The notes under the pieces were generated by a model. It searched no databases. It saw nothing but the letters and a program-made list of their open reading frames with translations, and was not told the origin of the DNA. A stretch of DNA of 64,000 nucleotides from Selaginella moellendorffii (taxonomy: Eukaryota; Plantae; Lycopodiophyta): the NCBI RefSeq assembly GCF_000143415.4, contig NW_003314318.1:620001-684000 (forward strand). The letters are read 5' to 3'. The translations under genes were made by a program, and so were the position numbers. Of this stretch, positions 53,940-64,000 are shown piece after piece (the stretch's first letter is position 1; every line of letters begins with the position of its first letter).

Positions 53940-56900
53940 AGCTTTGCAATTGTAAGGTTTGCCTGATGGATGTAATGGTTGACTTTAGAAATCTTGATTT
54001 AGTTCCTGCATAAAAATGTAATAGATATACTTGCAGGCTAAATATACCTTTCCCTTGTTTTCCCTTTGTTAAACGGGGCTTTTTATTTTCCAGTAAAAAA
54101 CCAAAAAGACTGGGCATGGTTTCGTTGGGCACAAAACCAGCAAAGAGCCTTTATCTAGAGGAGCCTACAATGGAAGTACCAGCAGAAAGGGGGGTTGCTC
54201 GTGAACTGGCGCCTGAAGGTCTTCCGAGATGCGTCACTTGGAACCATTCATCCGGCGGTGTCCACATCCATTCCCGAGTACCTGCCTCCCCTTGCTTCCA
54301 CAAAAAATGCCAGATCTGCGCTTCTTTTTTTGCTTTTTCTGGGCCATTTCTTCCTCCTCTCTTTTCCAGTTGTAGGACCCGGGCTGCTGCTGCAGTTATC
54401 ATTCTAGACCACACCACCTTGTTTTCCCTTTGTGTAAAATCTGGAAAGGTACAGAATGGATTTTTGCAGATTCTGATAGTGTAGCTCATACCCTTTGATG
54501 ACTTAGTCACAACAACAAACTCTTTAGCCACGGCACTGATATAGTTTATCCTTGTGATTGTGCATTTCAATGCCTTTGCTAGCTTGATTTTCTCTTGTGC
54601 ACCTTTTGAAATAGGTACAACCTTCTCATTTCTAGTTGGTTGTGTATGTCAGTCTAGTGTTGACATTGGTGGCATAGTAGTATCAATAGTAACATTTAAG
54701 AAAGTTTTCAGCTTGAAACCAGCTCTTTCCAGACTTTCAATCTCTTTTTTCAAAAGATTGTAGCTTCACTCAACTGGCCACTCCTCTGGCATAGAATCTA
54801 GCTTTGAGATAATTGAGTTGTGGATCTAGTTTGTATAAGTAACATCAATCCCATAATAGTAAATCCAACTTGACTGGTGGCCATTTACCCCTAGATCTCA
54901 ACAGCCCCAAAAACATGGTATTGTTGAAGAACTTGAACTTGAGTGTACACATGCAAGACATTGGCCTCGACTCCTAATCATTTTGGAGTAACGCACATTA
55001 CTCTTGGCACTGACTCTTTGAATTGCCCAGTTGATATGAGAAACTGGCTTACGAGCAATAATCTTCTTAACTTCTAGCATTGGATTTACTTGTGTAACAA
55101 TTAGCACCTCCTCCACTCCATGTTCCTTAGTTCTTCTTCGGTCTCATGGAACAGAATGGTAATCAAACTCTGGATAGTGAGAGCTAGAAGGAGTGATGTT
55201 GGGCCCATCAAATGTCTGTTAATGCTTCAAATGTCTATTGACACTTTAAATGTCTGTTGACGCTCCTCATGTCCCTAAGTGGTTCATAACTTGATTCCAT
55301 AGGAGTTCCAATAACAACTTCCCCCACCATCTTAGATATTGACCTTGTTACTGGTGTTGTCCTTCTACCAACCTACTCTCAAAGCTTGTCTAAGTTTGGA
55401 CTTGTAGTAGCAAACCTTGCTTCTTGTGCAGCCAAAGCTTTTGATAACTGCTCAAGAGATCTAGTGAAGTTAGAGAGTGTAGCTTCATAGAGGGACACTT
55501 TTCCTTTCTCTACTTTGGAAGCTCTCCAACTCTAATGTTTGCTCTCAGAGAGATTAATTGTTGGTGTAAGTGCAATGTTGTCAAGTGGTTGATCCTAGGA
55601 AAAATGCAACATTTAAATGTGACAAAAAAAGAAAATGAGAGAAAACTTATATAGAGAATATAATGGCCCTACTGAAACATTTGAACTTCCCACCATACAA
55701 GCCAACACTCTATTTGTGAAAGGTGTTCAATTGGCACTTTGTCTCCTTCATGCCACCATATGTGCATTTCATTTGCTTTTGCTTCATGTTCCTCTTTAGT
55801 TGGTGCATCCATCCATTCTTGACAAAGCTGCTTAAACTCATGATAGAAATTAGACTTGATGCATAAGCAATGTTTATTGATGCTCTTTGCCCATTGAAAC
55901 TCACAACTCTTCTCTCTACCTTGTAATGGTTGACTTTTATCACCTCTAAATACTTGTTGTATAGCCAATCAGTTAGCATTAGCAGCATTTGCCATGAAAC
56001 CACGGAAGTTGGGTTTCTTCCCAGTTCGCTGTTCAACAAAAAGACAATTTGTGCTGGGAAATCTTGAACCTTGAATTCGGCTATAACTATAGTCAAGTTA
56101 CACTACAACCTATAGAAAGAATGGTTATAATGTAAATCAGTATGGAATCCTTAAAAATGAATAACCACTTACTTGTGATCATAAACATGAGCTCCCATTG
56201 TTGACCAGCCTATAACTCATTCCATATAGTCGAAATGGATCCAGGAATTAACCAAGTGCCCATCTCCATCCATATCCATTCATTGTACAAGGTCCACACT
56301 AGAAGTAGGACGAAGGGTGGACATCTTAAAGATGAAAGGGCGTTGACTGTTCAAAGTCACTTGGCCAACGATCAAACTCCCATGAATAAATTCATAAGGA
56401 CATTTTCTTTTTAACTCCAAAATTGCATCCAATCTAGATTGAAGTTTTCCATCTCGCCCTTCTCGCATCTAGTTCTTTATTCTGCAAAAAAAAAAGAGCA
56501 TTTCTAGTGACAAAGTAGAGTTAGTATTAACTTATACTTGTTTAAATTTGTCATGGGTTTTATATTTTGAAGCAAGTCCTTCAAGTTGTTCTCCATGAAC
56601 TCTTTTTCACTATCAACTTGTAGCAACGTGTCTACCACATAGTCCTTTAGTACAGACTGTTGAACACACTTTGGAGTTGTGGCACTTTTCTTCCCAACCT
56701 CTATAGTAACAGTAGCCTTCAAATTACGAAAAAAATCACGGTGGATTCCTTCCTCTATTGCGTGTTGGTGGTATCCAACATGCACTGCTACTCTGCGTAA
56801 ACATCCATCCCATAGAAGAAAATAATACATTTTCGCATCGCAACATGCTTGACATACAGGTGTTGCCCCACATTTGCGATATCTAAACCCTGTAGCAACC

Positions 56901-57665
56901 TCATCATGCCTAGGGGGATTGATTGATGAGCTTTCAAAGAAACACATATTTTTGCCATGATCAAAAATGCATTTCTCAACAACACACTGAAGCTATCTAC
57001 CACAATGGACTATGGACACAGATTTGTTAAAATGGGAGAAGTGAGTCGTCTTTATTTTGCACCAATTATGTGGATCAAGACGCGTCTCCATGCCCCTCTT
57101 TCTGCTTGACAAATTGGCAGGTGGAAATTTAAAGAATATATTCCCATTATAGGAAGATGGAAGCTCCTCATCTTTCATGTATTGGAACTCCTTCAATTCC
57201 AACTGTAATGATCGAGATTGCTAAAATGCTTTATCCACCACTTCAAAAACTGGTCCAGAAAGAATGCACCTACTTGTTTGAGAAGTTATGTCGGGAAGCT
57301 CATGTTCTTCACTTTTGTCATTAGAGAGAATAACAACTTTATCTTTCACTCCTTGCATAGTTGGTTGTGAAATTGGCACTCTCCTTTGCTTGCTTCGGAG
57401 ATCTTGTAACTAGAATCTCTTGACCTATACATCTATCAAAATCCCATTGAATCCCATTCTCTCCCACACCACTGTTGAGAAGAATGGATTTTTCTATTTG
57501 ATTACCCTTATCCCGACATACATTCTCTAAACTAATTGATTTTGGCTTCAACTTGAATTTTCTACAGAGGAAGCTCTCTCTTATAACATTCTTAGAAAAA
57601 ACAATTAGAGGCTCTTGATTGAACTTCAAGTAAAATTCTCTCATATCTTTTCCTTGCTCGAGCAT
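53940..57665 (-). pseudogene. MULE-2 transposase, multiply disabled paralog of 46321-49645
   Basis: ESFLCRKF, LPSSYNGNIFF.FPP, HNWCKIKTTHF, AKMYYF, FIHGSL, AEFKVQD, GREKSCEFQWA and WWEVQMFQ. Many stops are present and intron positions match MULE-1. Confidence 0.88.
54070..54416 (-). mobile_element. 5'-truncated non-LTR (LINE-like) insertion with 17-bp TSD, splitting the SWIM motif
   Basis: CCTTGTTTTCCCTTTGT occurs at 54053-54069 and 54417-54433. The insert has a Trp-rich ORF end, then AATAAA (54087-54082) just before its 3' end. Confidence 0.72.
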
Positions 57666-58229
57666 TTAGAAAACATTTGGGGAGAAATTGACAAGAAAGA
57701 ACAAAGATATTTTTCTGTATTATGAACTTTAATTAGTTGTGTCCTTGCAAAGGACAAGTTAAATATTTCAACAAAATATACAACCATTTAGAATCTAGAG
57801 ATATATGAGAATGTTAAAGAGCCACCCATATTAATTGTATAATTGATTGTGAGAGAAATAATACTGTTGAAATGAATGGGGTTATGCGCGAGAGGTGTTG
57901 ATTAATCACGAGAGTTGTAGCATTAATTACTTGTTCTCCTTCTCATCTCCATTCTCTTTTCCCTTCAAAAGAGTTTCATTCTTTTGTGATAAGTGAGAGA
58001 GACTCAAGCTCAAAAAGGTTGGTTCGTGTGCGGTTTTTTTAATAATACAATTAATATCTAAAGCATTGAATGATTGTCTCCTTGGAAAGAACACGTGAAA
58101 TTTATGTTTATAGTGGATATGTCCTATAAATATATCCAAGTACTATTAAAAAATTGATTGTGACCGTTGATCATGACCATTGATTGTGACTATTAATTTT
58201 TAGGGTTTTACTGCTAGGGTTTGAGCAAA

Positions 58230-60346
58230 TTTTGAACTCGAAGAAATCAAAGGTGAAGAAGCTACTTGCAATTGCAGACATTTGACATGATAAAGACTCG
58301 CTAGATTGCATTGCAAAGATATATTCTCGTGGCAGTAAGTTAGTCCCTTTTATCTTTCTCATTCCACTTTGAAATCCTTGTCTTTGTAAGATAAAGCACC
58401 TGAAGAATTAATTTATAACATCACAAAAAGCAAGCTCTCCTTCAATGAACAAACCTTTTGTTTGGAGCTCTTTAACACTTGGCATCGTAACAATGATAAG
58501 CGGTTGAAGAGCAGGTTTGAGAATATGATGAACGAGAAGCTCTATATCACTCAAAGTATTGTAGTTGCTGAGGAGCTACTTCAAGTATGGGATACGAAGT
58601 TCCTTACTAGTGCCCGCACCAGCATAACACTTCCAGAATATGTCCGAGCTTCCCTTCAAGAGCTTGGGGATGGATGGCTTTTTGATAGCAGCTCAAGCTC
58701 TATGGATTTCAAGAACCAGCTGGGCCAACCATTTTTCTCGCGCCACATGGCATATAGGTATATTGCAAGAAATTGATTTGTTTATTTAATCATGGCTCTT
58801 TTGTAGATATTTAAATCATTGCTTAGGTGCTCCAGTGTACATAGCAAGTGTTTTTCTCAAGCTCTTAATTGGTGGGAAGAAACTTGGCATGTATGAGCCA
58901 AAGTTCCATTGTCCCACTGTGCAAGAGTGAGAACTTTGTCCATGGTACTTAGAGTTGTGGAGGCAAATGCCATCGTCACCTTTTAAGCTTGATCTCTACC
59001 TCAAGTGTCATCCAGGTTTGATGAGTAAAATTTCCTAATAGTAACTTATGTTTCTACTTTATTGTAGAGGCACTTTTGGAGGGAGTGGAGATGCCTCAAG
59101 ATAGGGACAAGATTCATATTGAGTAGACTGAAGACGAATGAATGGAGAACCCGGCTGAAAACTCTCTTGCCCCATCTCATCCTACAGCAGTTGCTCATTC
59201 CCCAGATCCTACTGCCACTGCTCATCCAACCCTGACTGCTCGAAATGTACAAAGGCAACTCCATAGTGAGGATGTCCAAGAGAGTAAGAACTTGATTTTC
59301 AATGACCTTGCTTATTGTAATTTGGTTGTAGATGTTGGAGAAACCAACTAGCACTCTATACGCCGATGTACAAATGCATTCTTTCCATCCCTCCCCATTG
59401 CTACAGAGGATGACCTCCAAGAGTTATCTTCATCGGCTTCACATAAACAAGTATGAAAAAAAACATGTATTAACTTTAATATTTCCCATTTTTGAACACT
59501 ATTCAGGTTTGCCCTCTTTCTTCTACGGGAAGTGTTGGCAACGTGGAAATAATTATTGGGGACTACTTTCAACTTTTCAACAACGTGAGCCGAGAGTCTT
59601 CTATGTTCCATCGATGGATGTGAGGATTGGGAATGAACAATACTTTTGGCATCAACCTCACATTCTTCGACCTACTTGATGGGTTACCACCTTTACAAGG
59701 CGACACTCCATCCTAGAACATCCTTCGACTGGACCATATGTTTCAAGCAGTGGATGTGGCATCCAAGGTGTTGCGATACGAGAGCATTAGGCTAGTCATT
59801 CTTCCCCATTCTTTATTTTGGGGAGGTCTTCTTGCAACGTTGGTGGAGAATGATGACTCTAGATTGGTTGAGTTTGCATCAGGCTACCTACTTTCAAACA
59901 TCCTGGTTAAAACAAAAGGAGCAAGTGGCCAAATCCAAAAAGTTTGCATTTCCTTATTTTTCATATCTTAAATTGATTGCCTCTTTTCATTGTAGGTTTT
60001 AGCATGGAACTACCATGCTCTCTACCGCTACTCTTGCTGTCACAATATTACACGAGTTGATGAGTGTGCAGGTCTGGCATTGCCAGGATATGATAGCTTA
60101 ACAAATATCATCCCGAATGTCATTGACAAGGACCATCAGATAGAGTTCCCTGGCTATCGACACTATTCACCAAAGGCTATGCAAATCCTCCTAGAGTTGT
60201 TTTGTCCTCCTAAGGGAATTGTGCTTGATGCTATAGTAGGTTTTAGTTCAATGGTGCTAGTGGCTAAAGAGACTGGCCATGCAATTTTTGCACTAGAGAA
60301 GGAAAGTGCATTTGAAGGTGTTCTTGGGACATTTCATAACAGGTGA
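58230..60346 (+). pseudogene. MULE-2 cargo: intron-containing gene ending in a beta-class N4C/N6A DNA methyltransferase-like domain (decayed)
   Basis: Motif IV-like INLTFFDLLDG (59651-59683), then A.KVLR..SI.LVI. The C-terminal SPKAMQILLELFCPPKGIVLDAIVGFSSMVLVAKETGHAIFALEKE matches the N6_N4_Mtase motif X-I-II block. Several premature stops are present. Telo-boxes lie at 58201 and 58215. Confidence 0.62.
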
Positions 60347-61072
60347 TAATAAAGTATGAGTTTCTCATTATAGTAATTCCATCATGGTTGTGTATATTAG
60401 GTGGATCGATGACATAGGCTATAATTTGCCATATTATGCAGAAACAATGGCACAAGCTTATATATAACAAGAGTCCACAGTTAAAGAGCATAATACTATA
60501 CAAACTCCTCTTTTTGTGGATGTGGATGCTGAGGAAGACTTAGGTTTTTCTTTAGTCAAATTCTTTAGTGGTAATATAGAGTTTCTTCTTTGAGTTATGA
60601 TATTTATTTTCTTATTAGACTTATATTATTTAACTTTTTCTTGGACTGAAAATATGTTTTACGTTTTGAATAGAATTGTTGGTTCATCCCAAACCAATCA
60701 TTTAAACATCAACTTTTGTATTTGGTGGATTACATTGATTTTCATTGACTTTCATTGACTTGAGCTCAGCTCAAAAACTACCCAGCCCCCCTATATTCAG
60801 ATCAATTTTATATATGAGAGCATGTGATTGCTGCTCCATTATGAATTTTCCCTCTTGGCAATAGAAGAACAGTAGAGTACTTAGTTCTTGCTCCGTCTTG
60901 TTTCACGGGAGACTGTGGAGGGAAGTGATGAAGCCCTACCAAAGGGTAGTCATCCCTAGGCAGACTCATATCTAAATTTAAAATTATAATTATAAATTTA
61001 GAAATTCAAGAAATTAGATTTTGTTGCCGATGCAAAAAAAAAGGACATTGTTTTCTAAATCAACTTTGCCAA

Positions 61073-61462
61073 TGTTAGGATCCTATCCCTTACACCCTAA
61101 GCCAACTACCTAAAAGGGTGATCACTTGATTGCAGGGCCCTTTCTTTATCCTGACTTGGTGCCTTTCTTTATCTGACTTGGTGCTTTTCTTTATCCTGAC
61201 TTGGTGCCTAACAATCCTCCAAAAAAGACATTGTTTTCTAAATCAACTTTGCCAATGTCTTTTTCTTAGGGTCTACCAAACCTTGGTTCTCCCCCTAGAT
61301 TCACCATGTTGAATATTCTTTTAGAATATCCCTGCCCCACTCGTCAGCCACGAGAATCGAACTGGGCTCTGATACCAATATTAGGATCCTATCCCTTACA
61401 CCCTAAGCCAACTACCTAAAAGGGTGATCACTTGATTGCAGGGCCCTTTCTTTATCCTATAA
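61073..61462 (-). mobile_element. TRIM-like miniature LTR unit with tRNA-iMet primer-binding site
   Basis: LTR-like direct repeats at 61073-61213 (TGTTAGG...CCTAACA) and 61379-about 61460. A PBS TGGTATCAGAGCC lies on the minus strand at 61377-61365. The interior is about 165 bp and non-coding. Confidence 0.55.
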
Positions 61463-61699
61463 TATTTCCAGACGAGATTCCAAGGAATCTCCTCACAGAT
61501 TCTTCCAGGACCCTGATGCACATAACCCCTTGGCATTCTGTCACCACGGACTCTCAGATCCTCTTCTTCTTGAGCTGCTTGTACCATGCACGTCACAACG
61601 CATGCTTGAGAGCATCAAATTGGACCAGCATCTTCAACAGGTTCTTGATGCCGACTCTCTGGCTGCGTTGAAGGCAATCTAACCGCTTTTGAAGCCACA

Positions 61700-62420
61700 G
61701 CGAGTCATGAAGCTGAATTATTGCAGGTGGAGATGCACGATGAAATTGATGCCATTCACAAGAATGGTACCTATTCTCTTGTTCCTCTTCCTGCCAGGCA
61801 CCGCGCACCAGATCCACCAGCTACAAGGCTCAGTTGGTTGCTAAGGGTTTCACGCAGGTGGCTGGCATCCACTACATAGACTTTTTCCCTGGTTCCTCAC
61901 ATGGCAAGTCTTTGCAGCCTCTTAGCCCTTGCAACACAGCATGACTGGGACATCCATCAGATGGATGTCGGCAGGGCCTTCTTGAATGGTAAGCTCGAGT
62001 ATGAGATATACATGCGTCAGGCTGGAGGATTTTTGGAGCCAGGCAAGGAGCAACTGGTTTGCAAAGCCTTGTACGGCTTGAAACATTTGGTAGCAAACGT
62101 TCAACAATTTGCTGTGGCAGCATTCCTTTGGAAACACAGCTGCAGATGTCAACGTGTACATCTCAGACTGGCGTCAACAAGCCATCACCATCATTATCTT
62201 TATGTTGATGACCTTCTCCTCATTCCACTGATTACATTTTGCAGATGAAGTGGCGGTTATCTAGCACCTTTGCAAGACTTACCAGTTGGCCGGTTTTTGG
62301 GACCACCAACACCTACCTCCGCATTAGCCTGACTACATTCACAAACTTTTCTCACAAGCACAATATGCAAGATTTCAACTCTTCAGCGACCCCCATGGAG
62401 GTTGGTGCTGCAAGGATTAC
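61700..62420 (+). mobile_element. Ty1/copia reverse transcriptase relic
   Basis: YKAQLVAKGFTQ, WDIHQMDV..AFLNG.L..EIYM.Q..GF, KALYGLK, LYVDDLL and TPME, with frameshifts. Confidence 0.88.
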
Positions 62421-63024
62421 AACGACCAACCTTTCGATGCAACCTTGTTCTGAAGTTTGGTAGCCGGGTTAATATACTCAGTCCACACTTTTCAAGATAT
62501 TCTTTTGAGGGCTTTGAATGCAAAAAAGGGAAGGGGACAATATGGTTGTTCTTTTCAACTTTGCCTGAAGTCCATCTAGGGAAGCTAGCACGACTCCAGA
62601 CCTTTGAAAGTGGCACTGATTCCACAGGGTGTTGAGGGTGATGCATCGTCAGAAAGCTCCACATCAGGTTATGGAAACCATTCTGAAGATTCAAGAGCGG
62701 CAGTGAAAGACATTGAGAAGAGCTGCATCCCTTGGTTGGAGTATCGTAAGACAAAGTACCGTTTGTAAGACCCACTTTCTAGTATTCAAAGTGTTTTTTT
62801 CGCCAGAGTTACTTCTACTCGTCGTCATAGGCTTCCTGGTCAAACAGCTCATCTTCTTCTCCCTCCAACAGTTCCATGTCGTACTCCGAGTCAGACTCCG
62901 CTGGCATCGAAGCCGTGCTAAGAAAAATGACCACCACTAGTCAGCAGAGTATCAAGCAGTGTGAACTACAGCTTACATATCAGACGATGAAGCACCATCG
63001 CGCTTGCGCTTCCGAACATGCTCC

Positions 63025-64000
63025 TCAGGCACATCCCTCATAGATTCCTAGCAGGAACAGTGCAGTTAGAGCGAAAGAAACCAGGCTTCTTACCATGATT
63101 GCCTTGTCGTTGCCGTCTATGTTGTCCACGTAGTCCCTCAGCATATGGATCTTCTGTAAATCATCGCCAAGTAGCTCAAACTTCACCTTGTACTGACACA
63201 AGTTCGGGGATGTCTTGAGGTCCACGAATGCACCTCTGACTTTACGTTTTCTCTTCCACGCCTGAGGCTTGAACGTTGTATAATTGGTCCCCGAGACGAT
63301 GAAGAAAAGTCCCACAATGAAGATCCCGTTGCTGCTCAAATGCTTCAACAGTAGCTCCACGGGATGCCACACGACTGGATATTTCTCTGAAACAGTCGCC
63401 TGGAGGAGGTACGCCCGTTTGGTCTTGAAGTTTATGTAGAGGCTGTCGATGGCAGCCTCCGTCTTCGTCCTGGGCCAAAAATAAGCAGCTGCATAGCCTT
63501 TTTTGAGGCACTTCTGAATCTTCTTCTGCAGGTCCGCAAAGTCGTGATAAAAGATGACATGCAGGTCATCCACTCCATCTGCCAGCAACAGGTCGTTCGC
63601 AGCGTTGTTCGACACATGTCTGTGCTTCTGGCCACGCTTCGGTAGATCGCATATTCGTTCACAGCTGACGAGGTACTTCGGAAAGGTCATGTGCATGAGT
63701 AGTTCCATCAAAGTACCCCGGAAATCTGCCAGGCCGCCGACTCCCCTTAGACTGCTGTACTGCTTGATCATCTCTGACCAGTGTTCCTTCTCAAGCCGGA
63801 GCAGCAACTGCTCCTTCACGAAGTTTGAAGCAATCTTCGTGCAGCCTTCAGATGAGTCGCCTCCCCTGTCTAAATGAAGGAGCTGGTGCGAAAACGTACT
63901 CTCCAGATCATGGTTTCCTATCAGGGAGAAGAGCGACAGTAAGTTTTCTGTCTTCAGGAGATTACCCTTCATGGCCTGCTGGACGCACTTGAACTTCTTT
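63025..64000 (-). CDS. Crinkler/RHS-type NTPase-REase protein, 5'-partial; paralog of 25609-27280 with intact nuclease-like motif
   Basis: HLDRG, F.KEQLLLRL...HW, FRG..MELLMH.TFPK, YFWPR..TEAAIDSL, YLLQATVS and VVWHPV. The frame is open to the window end. Confidence 0.78.
   Translation of the reverse strand, partial: KKFKCVQQAMKGNLLKTENLLSLFSLIGNHDLESTFSHQLLHLDRGGDSSEGCTKIASNFVKEQLLLRLEKEHWSEMIKQYSSLRGVGGLADFRGTLMELLMHMTFPKYLVSCERICDLPKRGQKHRHVSNNAANDLLLADGVDDLHVIFYHDFADLQKKIQKCLKKGYAAAYFWPRTKTEAAIDSLYINFKTKRAYLLQATVSEKYPVVWHPVELLLKHLSSNGIFIVGLFFIVSGTNYTTFKPQAWKRKRKVRGAFVDLKTSPNLCQYKVKFELLGDDLQKIHMLRDYVDNIDGNDKAIMVRSLVSFALTALFLLGIYEGCA

Larger units (their letters stand above)
53723..60789 (-). 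mobile_element. Mutator-like DNA transposon (MULE-2), about 7.1 kb, 8-bp TSD CCTATATT, same family as MULE-1
   Basis: TSD at 53715-53722 and 60790-60797. The termini are GAGCTTGGGTAGGTTTTGAGC vs reverse complement GGGGCTGGGTAGTTTTTGAGC, with GAGCTC arrays at both ends. Confidence 0.85.

Noticed and set aside
54395-54418. tRNA-derived SINE head (GGTGGTGTGGTCTAGA on the minus strand)
   Set aside because: It is A-box-like, but there is no convincing B-box, and the insert looks more like a LINE 3' end.
59290-59320. NLIFNDLAY as the methyltransferase motif IV
   Set aside because: It resembles LIFTDPPY superficially, but INLTFFDLLDG at 59651 has the expected downstream W/KVLR context and spacing to motif I.
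61350-61377. tRNA-iMet gene
   Set aside because: Only the 3' end including CCA matches and it abuts an LTR, so it is a primer-binding site.

Overview
This is eukaryotic plant nuclear DNA with very compact genes and introns mostly about 50-80 bp. That architecture and the PPR/fasciclin/malectin-RLK content suggest an early-diverging land plant such as the lycophyte Selaginella (inference, not verified). Positions 1-7.5 kb are a local duplication zone: prodomain-less papain-like pseudo-proteases alternate with an unknown intronless alpha-helical gene family. Positions 7.8-37 kb are gene-dense: PPR, FLA, arginyl-tRNA synthetase, glyoxalase II, malectin LRR-RLK, RPF2, TCD/TcdA, a Crinkler/RHS-like NTPase-REase gene, a phytocyanin and MetAP2, with an AT-rich decayed block at about 30-34 kb. 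Positions 38-63 kb are a nested transposon cluster: a gag relic, two related Mutator-like elements with readable TIRs and TSDs (41187-50287 and 53723-60789), a DUF7869/Sola-like relic, a gypsy relic, a truncated LINE, a TRIM-like unit and a copia relic. A second Crinkler-like gene follows. The most striking signal is that the two Mutator-like elements share one layout (GGGG end, cargo, GCM-DDE-SWIM transposase, GAGC end) but carry different cargo. One carries a decayed, intron-containing beta-class N4C/N6A DNA methyltransferase-like gene. The other carries a duplicated C2HC zinc-finger gene pair and a Pro-rich nuclear protein gene with a CpG-rich hairpin intron. All homology calls come from motif recognition by eye, not database searches.
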